A DNA stretch of 48,538 nucleotides from Acidobacteriota bacterium (lineage in GTDB: Bacteria > Acidobacteriota > Blastocatellia > Pyrinomonadales > Pyrinomonadaceae): NCBI GenBank assembly GCA_040004905.1, contig JBDTZW010000236.1:1-48538 (forward strand). Reading direction: 5' to 3'. The notes under the pieces were generated by a model. That model was not told the DNA's origin. It ran no database searches and saw nothing but the letters and a program-made list of their open reading frames with translations. The position numbers and the translations under genes were made by a program. Every line of letters starts with the position of its first letter. Position 1 is the first letter of the stretch. Below are positions 29,011 through 37,700 of this stretch, in pieces.

Positions 29011-32000
29011 TTAGTAATGAGAATTGTTATCTAAAATTTTCTTGATTATCGTATCGACATAATCCTCTTTCGACAGCAATTGTTCATATTTTTCCATGGC
29101 CTTAATCCTAAAGCCCCATTTCGCATACTTGAGCATGAGAGCGAGCTGAGCTTCGGAAGTCTGTTCCGCTTCCGATTGCTGATCAAAGATTTTGGCGAAA
29201 GAGGATATGTCGATCTCAACGACCCACCCGTTTTTTACACGCCTGGTTGCGATCAATGGAAAGTTACTGTCGCCTCCATTCATGTATGACTTAAAAAGCG
29301 TCGTTGAACTAAGGTCCGCAACTCCTATACATGTCGAATTTCTTTTATCAGTTGTCGAGCCGCACGGCCAACTTGCCTTCTCGTAGATTATTTTATTCTC
29401 ATCTGACCTCGCTTCGAACCACTCGACTCCTTTAGTAAACACATTTGTACGCTTCGATCTCAATTCATGTCTGATCAACGAGTAGGGCTTTGACTTGATC
29501 TCGAAGCGAAGCATTCCTCCCGATGGAACCGAAATGTTTGTCAGTTCACCGTCTTTGACGACGACATGTTCCAAGCCGGGACCCGATTTCACGTCTTCCT
29601 GAGTTGCCCAGAAATGAAGGTCTTTATTGTCTTTCTGAAATACTATTTTTTGAGAAGGCGACAATAAAAGCCCGTTCTTTAGAGCATTTTCAAAAAAACC
29701 AGCTTGCACTCCGAGTATCACACCGCCATGAATCTCGATCGGCTCATACATGGTGTGAGGAATGAGTCCGAAACTTCTCCCTGTCGCCGGCGTCTTAGAC
29801 TTTGACGGAATTGTTTCTAATATTCTTGCACCACATTGGGATGAAATTTTTCGAACCAGGTCCCTCATCCAGCCATCGATGAACGCATCCCCAACCCCGC
29901 TATCCGGGCTTTGCCAACCACGTTTATCCTCTTTGTGGAGCCCGTATAAAGGGAAAGTATTATATTGATCGTCCCACAGACCTTTGATGCAGGACATGGT
30001 TCCTGGTGAAGGATTTGCAAAATGAATGCTTGGAAAAATGGAGCCTTGGTAGTTCTCTTCCAGCTGAACAAAAGGAGGTAGTCGCTGCGTCCGGATGCCA
30101 GAAGTCCATTTCGGGATTTGATACCGTACGCTTGAATGCATTCGAGCTACTTCCTGCTTGAATGCCTCCGATGCGACTATTTCATTATTTTTTGCCCACA
30201 CAATGAAATTTTGCATCTCAGCCAGACGTCTTAGGTCTTTAAGAGTTCGATTGGTACCGCTCGGCAGATTCGCTTGTCGCTGAAGTGTTGCCGCAACACT
30301 CTTTGGCTCTCTGCACCATTTACCCTGCGGGTAATCTTCTAATTCGCCGTTAACCAATCTCATCGGCTCCGAGCGCGCGATCACCGCGTTACCGTTGAAA
30401 ACTATATTCCCCTGGCCATTGATCGATATCTGCTGGTCTCCGCTGGCCCAGTACAATCTGCACCATCGGTCTTGGCTTGGTACGGCAGCGTTCAAAAACA
30501 TCTCGACAGGATCTTCTTTAGATGAGTCTGGAAATCTGGTCAAGTCCGTTGGAACTTTTGCCTCTGAGGCGGACGTTCCGGTCATCACATTAAACCCCAA
30601 AGACTGTGATTTGAACATAACGTCGGATTCCCAGAGGATCTGCCCTATCCGCGAATTTGCGATATCGCCGTGCGTCACTACCTCGTTAAGATAAAGTGAT
30701 TTGTCGATCTGGTCATTCTCAGTGCGAAGTTTGTCGGTCGGTATTCTTTTAATATCAGTATCGAGACTATTGATCATTCTCTTTGTCGGATTGATACTGA
30801 GATAGAACGAAGGAACATTTTCATCTACAACCTTTGACCATACATCCGAAAATAGAGCGTCCATCCCAAAAGGAAGCGAGTATGCCGTAGTGCTGTCGCC
30901 TACTCTAATACAAGGTTTTTGACCGCAGAGATCCAGAGTCCCCCCAATCAGGTTAGTGGTCGACCCGATCGGTATGAGGCGACCGCCGCTCAGATACACC
31001 ATGCCACCCCTGGGCACGGGCATTTGGAAATCAGTCAGGTCAGGTTTGCTCAAGACAACTGGAAAACCACTTCTAGTCACGGCCAAGACGTCGACCTTAT
31101 TTGGCGATTTTCCGGACAGCGATGCATCGCGCTTTGCTCTTTGAATGGACTCAATCTCGGTATCTTTAGTTTCCTCCGTCGGCACCTCGAACATAACGGT
31201 GGTAGAAGCACCTTCTCGTGCTGCAAATATGCGCCCGTCCCGAATCGAGGAAACAGCGTCTTTCTGGCTTATCGAAACCGAACCAAAATCGAATTCCGGG
31301 CTGAGGATAGAGCCGGTCGCTAAGATCCTTTCTTTTAGCATCGAGTTTCCATCGCTCGGTGACGAAAACGGCGAAGGCGGGTCATCGTTTGGGCTTCTCG
31401 GCGCACCTAAAGGCGGAGGGCTATCGCCCGGATCCTGCATCGCGATTTCAGCTACTTGCCCATACATCGCGAGAGCCTTGTCGATAGTTGCCATCGCGGC
31501 AGGGCTTGCTTTTGCTTTTTGTTTTTGCAGCCGCTCCATGTTGGGCTGAATAAAGAAGGCAAAACTGTCGCGTTGAGCGGCCGTGTGGTGAGCACCTTTA
31601 ATTCCATTCGAGCTAATAACGAGAGGATTCGCCGAACCGGTAAAAACAGTGTTTTCCGCACCTAACCTTTTGACACACTCCAATAGAATCGGTGCGGCGG
31701 GATGGCCATATCGGTTCTGGGCGTTCACCGTAAAAATCGCAGTTTTTGGTTTTAGATCAAATATTGGGGCAACATCGTGATAGGCCGATCCATGGTGGGG
31801 TGCCGTGAAGCTATCAATTTGCGAAATGCCCTGGGCCTTCAAAGTTTCGACGGCGGCACGAACCGCGTTTGTCTCCGCATCGTCCGTGTCCAGATGGCGG
31901 TATTTTCCGTTAAGTGTGACCAGTGTGATAATCGCCCGTCCATGCGAACTTGCGCTCGTGTTCGTAAATGGGTACGGAACGGTTTCTATGTATACCTGGT

Positions 32001-32496
32001 CAGTCGGTTTTGAGTTCTCGGCGAAAGCATTTTTTTCACCAGCGCTTATTCTCGTCAGCTCAATTTGTGGATACCTTTTGAGGGCGGTCTGAACCAAATT
32101 CGCAAGCTGACTAGCCTTTGGCATCCCGTTGTCGATCACTCTGATCTTCTTCAGAGTCGGGGGCAATTCCTCGGTGCCTGCGATAACTGCCTTGAAATAA
32201 TCTGTAATTCCCTTCACGTGATCATCATGAGGATGGGAACATTGAAGAACGAGTTCTTCAATCATCTTTTCCTTAAAAAGATTCATTTCTTTTGCGAGCC
32301 GGACCTCGCCGTCTTTAGCACCACCATAATCAAAAATGATTCCCCGATTCTTTTCCGCGTCGTAAATGACGCCTGCCTGCCCCTCCTTATCAAGCGGAAC
32401 ATAAACTATGTCCTGCGCGAAAATGGTTGCAAACAGACAGCAAAAAACTACTCCGATCATGACCGCTCGGGTGAGTCGATGGTTTGATTTCGTCAT
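29011..32496 (-). CDS. secreted 1161-aa protein: N-terminal MBL-fold (ComEC/Rec2-type) domain plus ~800 aa unknown region
   Basis: ATG 32496 (MTKSNHRLTRAVMIGVVFCCLFATIFAQD, signal peptide) follows GAGGA. MBL motifs CSHPHDDHVKG and FTAPHHGS. A Pro/Ser linker (DPGDSPPPLGAPRSPNDDPPSPFSSPS) precedes a large region I do not recognise. Confidence 0.8.
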   Translation of the reverse strand: MTKSNHRLTRAVMIGVVFCCLFATIFAQDIVYVPLDKEGQAGVIYDAEKNRGIIFDYGGAKDGEVRLAKEMNLFKEKMIEELVLQCSHPHDDHVKGITDYFKAVIAGTEELPPTLKKIRVIDNGMPKASQLANLVQTALKRYPQIELTRISAGEKNAFAENSKPTDQVYIETVPYPFTNTSASSHGRAIITLVTLNGKYRHLDTDDAETNAVRAAVETLKAQGISQIDSFTAPHHGSAYHDVAPIFDLKPKTAIFTVNAQNRYGHPAAPILLECVKRLGAENTVFTGSANPLVISSNGIKGAHHTAAQRDSFAFFIQPNMERLQKQKAKASPAAMATIDKALAMYGQVAEIAMQDPGDSPPPLGAPRSPNDDPPSPFSSPSDGNSMLKERILATGSILSPEFDFGSVSISQKDAVSSIRDGRIFAAREGASTTVMFEVPTEETKDTEIESIQRAKRDASLSGKSPNKVDVLAVTRSGFPVVLSKPDLTDFQMPVPRGGMVYLSGGRLIPIGSTTNLIGGTLDLCGQKPCIRVGDSTTAYSLPFGMDALFSDVWSKVVDENVPSFYLSINPTKRMINSLDTDIKRIPTDKLRTENDQIDKSLYLNEVVTHGDIANSRIGQILWESDVMFKSQSLGFNVMTGTSASEAKVPTDLTRFPDSSKEDPVEMFLNAAVPSQDRWCRLYWASGDQQISINGQGNIVFNGNAVIARSEPMRLVNGELEDYPQGKWCREPKSVAATLQRQANLPSGTNRTLKDLRRLAEMQNFIVWAKNNEIVASEAFKQEVARMHSSVRYQIPKWTSGIRTQRLPPFVQLEENYQGSIFPSIHFANPSPGTMSCIKGLWDDQYNTFPLYGLHKEDKRGWQSPDSGVGDAFIDGWMRDLVRKISSQCGARILETIPSKSKTPATGRSFGLIPHTMYEPIEIHGGVILGVQAGFFENALKNGLLLSPSQKIVFQKDNKDLHFWATQEDVKSGPGLEHVVVKDGELTNISVPSGGMLRFEIKSKPYSLIRHELRSKRTNVFTKGVEWFEARSDENKIIYEKASWPCGSTTDKRNSTCIGVADLSSTTLFKSYMNGGDSNFPLIATRRVKNGWVVEIDISSFAKIFDQQSEAEQTSEAQLALMLKYAKWGFRIKAMEKYEQLLSKEDYVDTIIKKILDNNSHY

Positions 32497-32740
32497 TTTT
32501 ATCCTCGCGTTGTTAGAAATTGGGAACAGCACACAAACGGGAAGAGCTACAATCACAGGGGATTTGAACGGCTCTTATGAGTTTTTGCGACAAGTATTCT
32601 ACTCTATGAAAAAGATTGTACTTTCTCAAAGAAATTGTGTAAAGATTGTCACCGTTTGCCCTACAACGAAGGTCGAAGCAAATCTGAAACCCATAGAGGG
32701 GAGATCGCGTAGGCAAGTCAATATCTCAGGGTTCCCTTGT

Positions 32741-33226
32741 CTATATATCGAGACGTTTTACCGCCTCAACCAGCAATTTGTCAGCTGTCTGAGCGTAAAT
32801 CGTGGTTATGCTCATATCGGAGTGGGCAAAGAGGTTCTGTACTATAAGTGGGTTGGTGTTTCGCCGAATCAATTCGCTAGCAAAGTAACTTCGCAGATCG
32901 TGGAAATGATAGTTCTCCTCTCGGGTTCCATCTCTTTTGTTGATGCCGGCATTTCGAAGAGCTGTGTACCATCTCTTTCGAAAGTCTTTCACCGGGAATG
33001 GCAACTGTTCATCTTCAATCATCGCACGGAGTACCTTCGTTGCGGTGGCGTTAAGAGGAACAAGATGTGGCGGTCTTCCCTTCGAACCGATTACCAAAAT
33101 CTGTTCATTGTCGAAGTCGTTCACATCCTCAGTAATGGCCATTGGCTGATCCTTTAGCGTTCGAATTGTGATTTGAGATCGACCAGCTTTCCAATTCGCT
33201 TGACGATAGTCCCTGGACTTGGGCAT
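32741..33226 (-). pseudogene. truncated tyrosine recombinase (catalytic domain only)
   Basis: Contains the HxxR box (FHDLRSYFAS), the His...Tyr tail (AHSDMSITTIYAQ) and a possible box-I Arg (KAGRSQITIRTL). It lacks any N-terminal core-binding domain. The frame overlaps the upstream gene's 3' end by 73 nt. An alternative ATG at 33142 follows AAGGA. Confidence 0.65.
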
Positions 33227-34311
33227 TTGCCCGTAATGCTTGCACGTCTTAGCTCACGATAAGTTGGCATACGGCGATACTGTTTCGATAACTTTCGAAT
33301 TGCCGACAAGATCTCGTCATTGGTATATCTACGCGAGTTTGGCGCTACCTCGGAATAGCCTGCGGCCTTGTATGCACTCGGCAAGCTACCAAACATGCTC
33401 GCAAATGTGGTCGCAGCAGCGCATTCGCCGAGCTTGCTTGCGGAATTGATATCCCGGTCTGTCGGCTTTTTGCCAAGCTTGTTACATAACGCCTTAAGCT
33501 GAGTGATTAATTCTTCCTTCGTATATTTCTGCCAGTATGCTGTCCGCTCCTTCGCTTTACGATAAGCCGTCTGTGTTCTGGCGGCACGACGTGCTTTCGA
33601 TAGCGTCCCGAACTCCTTCAGAAACATCTTCACCGATGGCCCTTTACCGGCGTCATACAACCTCCAAATATCCGTTTGCTGTATTGGGCGGTCGAGTGTA
33701 GCGTCCAACATGCCAAGGATCGCAATCATCTCCTCGCGAGTGTAAATCTTTTTGGCGGCACCGGCCACCTCGATTGCGGCTGGAACCGACCCGAACGCTC
33801 GTACAAAATGATAAGGAGGTGAAACCTCTTTTCTCCGTCTCGCCTCATCAACGTCTTCGTCGAAAAGAGTTCGGCCCAATTTCAGCTGGAGTTGGCGAAG
33901 TTGATTCAGAAGTTTTTCGCGATCAGATGCGTCAAATTCCTGCTTATACCTGGGCTTCAGTTTTGCCTGCTTCAAAGCCGTAAGAAAGCTGCCGAATACC
34001 GCATAGTAAATATATAAAGGATGAACGCGCTCCTGTTCTCTTAGAGCCGGCCAATCGTTTGTTATCGGTGTCCTTCCCAATTCGCTCGCGACCTCTTTCA
34101 ATTCCGCGATTAAATATTGCTTCGACGGAAGGTCTGCCGTTCCCCGCCGCTTGTTTTTACCGGTTCTAATCTCAGGGTTCTCAAGGAACCAACGGCGGCA
34201 TGAACGGCAATAGAACCTTCGCTTCCGATGTTTCCCAAATCCGGCCATGCAAGTTGCACCGCTACCGCAGTGGTAACAAATAAACCCCGATGGAATCGCT
34301 GGTCGCCCCAT
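33154..34311 (-). CDS. Zn-ribbon protein with five homing-endonuclease-associated-type (HEAR/HNH_repeat-like) repeats
   Basis: N-terminal CxxC...CxxC (CYHCGSGATC...YCRSCRRWF). Five ~55-aa repeats start at LIAELKEVASELGRTP, LLNQLRQLQLKLGRTL, MIAILGMLDATLDRPI, LITQLKALCNKLGKKP and ILSAIRKLSKQYRRMP. Most of the repeats end in a FGS/FGT motif followed by an ...A.. segment. No nuclease domain is visible. The start overlaps the radical-SAM stop (TAATG). Confidence 0.65.
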   Translation of the reverse strand: MGRPAIPSGFICYHCGSGATCMAGFGKHRKRRFYCRSCRRWFLENPEIRTGKNKRRGTADLPSKQYLIAELKEVASELGRTPITNDWPALREQERVHPLYIYYAVFGSFLTALKQAKLKPRYKQEFDASDREKLLNQLRQLQLKLGRTLFDEDVDEARRRKEVSPPYHFVRAFGSVPAAIEVAGAAKKIYTREEMIAILGMLDATLDRPIQQTDIWRLYDAGKGPSVKMFLKEFGTLSKARRAARTQTAYRKAKERTAYWQKYTKEELITQLKALCNKLGKKPTDRDINSASKLGECAAATTFASMFGSLPSAYKAAGYSEVAPNSRRYTNDEILSAIRKLSKQYRRMPTYRELRRASITGKCPSPGTIVKRIGKLVDLKSQFER

Positions 34312-34991
34312 TATTCAATAGTAACATCGGCGATAAATCTTTGATTTCGCGAACCGCGATACTCTCCCGCGCTTTCTTGCTGGCTGACCACGAATGGTCC
34401 GTCGATCAGCAAATCGATGTGGCAAAGAATATAGTCGATGCTTGGCACTCGTTTCTGTATCAGCTGCTCGATCGTATATCCGGAATATACAGTAATATGA
34501 ATACCCTGGTTCTTCAGCCTAGATACAATCTCGGCAACGGATTCGGGTTGGTCGAATGGCTCTCCGCCAAGAATGGTTACACCGTCATGCTCGATGGAGT
34601 GTGAAACGACCGCATCTACAATCGAAGCGATAGAAACCAGATTCCCATTACCTCGCTCGTGAGTCTGAGGTACGAAGCAGTGCCTACAGCGAATTGAACA
34701 TCCAGAGGCTTGGATTACGCTGCGGCGGCCCGGGCCGTCAACAACCGAGTTGTGATAAAGCCGGTAGAGCCAGATCGAAAAAGAATCTGAATCGAGCTTA
34801 TCCTCAGATGACCGAAAAGACTGCAAAACGGGCAAGTATCTCTTATTGTCAGCCGGCTTGGCACAATTCACGTCAGTGCGCCGTCCGAGATCACTCGCAA
34901 TATCATTTGATGCCTGTGCCGAAACCTGGGAGATCTCGACAGTCACGCGTCCCGCGTCCGGCTCCAGTACGAAGACTGCTTCTTTATTCAT
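34311..34991 (-). CDS. NrdG-like radical-SAM activating enzyme with ~80-aa N-terminal extension
   Basis: VVDGPGRRSVIQASGCSIRCRHCFVPQTH (CxxxCxxC preceded by DGPG), TILGGEPF, and size and order typical of anaerobic-RNR/PFL activases. ATG 34991 overlaps the DUF2997 gene by 8 nt. Confidence 0.8.
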   Translation of the reverse strand: MNKEAVFVLEPDAGRVTVEISQVSAQASNDIASDLGRRTDVNCAKPADNKRYLPVLQSFRSSEDKLDSDSFSIWLYRLYHNSVVDGPGRRSVIQASGCSIRCRHCFVPQTHERGNGNLVSIASIVDAVVSHSIEHDGVTILGGEPFDQPESVAEIVSRLKNQGIHITVYSGYTIEQLIQKRVPSIDYILCHIDLLIDGPFVVSQQESAGEYRGSRNQRFIADVTIE

Positions 34992-35178
34992 TGGAGCCTA
35001 CCCGCCTCTGCACCGCTGGCTTGACCTGATACTCGGCCGTTTTCCGATCCGTCATCGGTGCCCCGAGTACCTCCTTCAACTGGCGAGCGGTTTTCTCGCA
35101 TGCCGGTCCCTGAATACCGTTGATCTGTGTTTCGCATTTTCCGGTTTCGGTATAGATCGTAAATTCGATTTCGGGCAT
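34984..35178 (-). CDS. DUF2997-family small protein
   Basis: MPEIEFTIYTETGKCETQINGIQGPACEKTARQLKEVLG...TAEY matches the DUF2997 pattern as I remember it. It occupies the expected position after DUF1257. Confidence 0.75.
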   Translation of the reverse strand: MPEIEFTIYTETGKCETQINGIQGPACEKTARQLKEVLGAPMTDRKTAEYQVKPAVQRRVGSNE

Positions 35179-35195
35179 GGTTGGACTCCTGATTG

Positions 35196-35594
35196 CTAGA
35201 ATTTAACTCGAATTTTTACGGTCTTTCCGATCCGCTCTTTGACCAGAGTTCCGCCGAGTTTCTTTGCCATTTTGCGAGCGACGGCTTCGTGATAGGAATT
35301 CTGGATCCGGACAACGAAGTCCTTCCCAAGACGGTAATCAAGATCCATGTCATCGACCACCGCAACGTAACCCGAAGAGGTTTTCTGAAAGCCGATGTCT
35401 GCCAGAAGATGATGGTTCCTAACATCTTTTCTCCGAATAATGATGTCGGCGGTTCGAGCATTTCGCTTATCCCAGCCGTCTAGCGGGAGCTCCTTTCCTT
35501 CAGTCACCGCCGTAAAACCCATTTCGGATAACGCCTCAAGTAATAACTTACCGTTCGCAAACGACTGTGATTCGAATGTCATATATTTGGACAT
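35196..35594 (-). CDS. DUF1257 (Ycf35-like) protein
   Basis: 132 aa. MSKYMTFESQ...LLLEALSEMGF...ADIIIRRKD...DIGFQKTSSGYVAVVDDMD...IQNSYHEAVARKMAKKLG follows the DUF1257 layout. Confidence 0.75.
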   Translation of the reverse strand: MSKYMTFESQSFANGKLLLEALSEMGFTAVTEGKELPLDGWDKRNARTADIIIRRKDVRNHHLLADIGFQKTSSGYVAVVDDMDLDYRLGKDFVVRIQNSYHEAVARKMAKKLGGTLVKERIGKTVKIRVKF

Positions 35595-35615
35595 GACTCA
35601 ATTTGGCCCCCTACC

Positions 35616-37235
35616 TTAGAATTCATAGATCCGATCACCTCGGGTTCCTGCTATACCTGAGCTGTCGATCTTGCCGGCAGCTCCTTTGATATTGTTCCGC
35701 GCCCATTTGCGAATCTCTTCGATCTTTTCGCTCATCATCTGGGCGGTTGGCGAGATGCTCTCGACGGCCTTGAGAATGTCGCGCGTTTCAGCTGAACGGT
35801 CCCCGTCGATGAATGCCTCAAGGACTCCATCTTTTACCGCTCCTTCAATCTCCGCTCCGGAAAAGTCCTTGCTTTTCTCAACTAACTTATCGAGATCGAA
35901 ACGGTCAGGCTCAAGCTGTCTTTTCTTTAGGTGAACTTTGAAGATCTCCGTTCGATCTTCATGATCGGGCAAATCAACAAAATGAATATAAGAAAATCGG
36001 CCGATGCGGAACTGCTCCGACTCGAGCTCTCGAACATCGTTGGCGGTAGCGAAGACGAGAACATCGCGATTGTCCTGCATCCAGTTGAGAAGATAAGAGA
36101 TCGTTCGGGCCGTTTCGCCGCCGTCGGTTTTGTTCGAGGATTTCATTCCAGAGACAGCTTTCTCAAATTCACTGATCCCGAGAATTCCCTTGATCGTTCC
36201 GGCGATCGACAAAGCTCGCTTTATGGACATTGCTGACGATCCGATCACGCCCCCGCCCTCGCCCATGATCGATCCGAAGTCGAGGTCAAGAAGCGCACGA
36301 TTTGTGATCGAAGACGCGACCCGCTTGCAGAGGTCCTTCCCGCAGCCAGGCAATCCAACAAGGAGAATCCCCTTGCATGGCTCGACGTGCCGAGCCTTAG
36401 CTTGCGGGCTGAACGTATATGCAGCACGTTCCAGGATCGCTCTTAAGGACTTATATCCGCCGAGATTGCTCGCTGGCTCGGGATGTACGTATGTCAGGGA
36501 ACCGCTGCCGCGAATGACATTCTTCTTCTCTTCGAGAATCACACTGATCGACTCGCGATTCAGGCCGTTACAGCTTATTACTGCCTTCGCTATGACATTG
36601 CTGATCTCGCCGGCAGTTAAACCGAGAAGTGACTGCAGCAACGCTGTCTGCGTTTCCTTTTCAAGGTCGATGGCAAGGCCGCTCGATCGCAGGTTCTCAA
36701 GCTGGAGCTCGATCGATTCTTCGATCTCGGTTTCCTTAGGAAGATCCAGCTCTATCTGCGTGATCTCCTTTTCGAGAGTCTTGAGATCTGGAAAGTTTGG
36801 TCCGACAAAAAGGACTGTCGCTTTTGTCGATTTCAGCTTCCAAGCTATTTCGCGAAGCCTGCGAACCAGCAACGGATCTTCCTGACCATACGGAGAGATA
36901 TAAGGGGCATAATCGCAGAGGAGAAAGATTCCGGTCTTTTGATCCCCGATGAACCCAAGTACACTTTCTGGATCTTCCGTATCGCCGACCGTGGTCGGAT
37001 TCTGCTCTACACCTTCCTTGGGATCAACGATCTTTTGCAGGCCCGTGGGACGACTCCAGAAATATAAAGGTTTCTCTTTGTGTCGATCCTGGAAGACGAG
37101 ATCGATCAAAGCCTCGCGAACTCTGTCCTCTTCGTAGGTGTTGATTGCGATAAGCGGATATCGGGCCCTTATACGGATATCCAGTTCGTGCAGAAACTTC
37201 TGGATGCTATCGGCATCCGTTTGCTGGTCGGTCAT
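35616..37235 (-). CDS. Ycf46-like AAA+ ATPase with non-canonical Walker A/B
   Basis: N-terminal IRARYPLIAINTYEEDRV (Ycf46-type). AAA core GILLVGLPGCGKD, ILGISEFEK, VLVFATAN, FRIGRFSYIHFVDLP, and lid FSGAEIEGAV. Confidence 0.9.
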   Translation of the reverse strand: MTDQQTDADSIQKFLHELDIRIRARYPLIAINTYEEDRVREALIDLVFQDRHKEKPLYFWSRPTGLQKIVDPKEGVEQNPTTVGDTEDPESVLGFIGDQKTGIFLLCDYAPYISPYGQEDPLLVRRLREIAWKLKSTKATVLFVGPNFPDLKTLEKEITQIELDLPKETEIEESIELQLENLRSSGLAIDLEKETQTALLQSLLGLTAGEISNVIAKAVISCNGLNRESISVILEEKKNVIRGSGSLTYVHPEPASNLGGYKSLRAILERAAYTFSPQAKARHVEPCKGILLVGLPGCGKDLCKRVASSITNRALLDLDFGSIMGEGGGVIGSSAMSIKRALSIAGTIKGILGISEFEKAVSGMKSSNKTDGGETARTISYLLNWMQDNRDVLVFATANDVRELESEQFRIGRFSYIHFVDLPDHEDRTEIFKVHLKKRQLEPDRFDLDKLVEKSKDFSGAEIEGAVKDGVLEAFIDGDRSAETRDILKAVESISPTAQMMSEKIEEIRKWARNNIKGAAGKIDSSGIAGTRGDRIYEF

Positions 37236-37249
37236 AACTTTATTGGCAA

Positions 37250-37669
37250 TCAGGAAACAGAGTGGACAGCCGTGCGTCCGTTCTGGGCGCGATAGCCGTT
37301 TGCTCCGTTGGTCTTTGGGGGATCAGTGGTCATCCGCTCGACTTTCTGCATTTCCTCGCGAGACGCTAATCCGTTCTCGATCGAGAAGCCGAGGATCGCG
37401 AGGCCGCGACCTACGGCACTCGTCTCACAGTTCTCGACAAATGAGGTCGTATTAACGTAACCCTGGTTACGTATCTCGAAGGCGTGGCCCGTTCCGCTCG
37501 GCTCGGCGTCGTCCGGCTGGCGGAAGACATTCGCTTTCATACATACGAAGCCGGTTTCCTCATTCAGACGCACGATCTCGGTGACAATACGGCCTTGCGG
37601 ATACTTTATGTAAAACTCCGCAATACGGGAATGAACGGGATTGTATTTGCTTAGATCGAAGCTCGCCAT
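37250..37669 (-). CDS. small phage-type protein, possibly a Rad52/Sak-like single-strand annealing core
   Basis: VHSRIAEFYIKYPQGRIVTEI...GTGHAFE...VENCETSAVGRGLAILGF resembles the Rad52-family pattern (...A.TDA.KRAL..FG). This is a low-confidence family call, but the ORF is well packed in the operon. Confidence 0.55.
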   Translation of the reverse strand: MASFDLSKYNPVHSRIAEFYIKYPQGRIVTEIVRLNEETGFVCMKANVFRQPDDAEPSGTGHAFEIRNQGYVNTTSFVENCETSAVGRGLAILGFSIENGLASREEMQKVERMTTDPPKTNGANGYRAQNGRTAVHSVS

Positions 37670-37700
37670 TTATAAACCTCGTTGGACAAATCTTAGTGAG

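Larger units (their letters stand above)
17333..32740. mobile_element. integrase-associated genomic island, part 1 (left end at the tRNA-Lys fragment; right end not defined)
   Basis: tRNA 3' fragment plus integrase at the left edge. The flanks at 16.6-17.5 and 18.7-19.4 kb are gene-poor and visibly AT-richer. The cargo consists of accessory-type genes. I found no second copy of the 50-nt tRNA segment in the window, so the true right end may lie beyond 48538. Confidence 0.55.

Noticed and set aside
32558-32569. ggggatttgaac, which resembles the reverse complement of a tRNA T-arm end and could have been the second att copy.
   Set aside because: The flanking bases do not form a T stem or acceptor stem, and there is no similarity to the 17333-17382 segment beyond this short string.
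34984-35178. DUF2997 protein (...QRRVG|SNE) as the missing ubiquitin-like modifier after JAB trimming.
   Set aside because: At 64 aa it is too short for a full beta-grasp, and it has a single Gly rather than a conserved GG. This is pure speculation. It is listed only as something a structure prediction could exclude.
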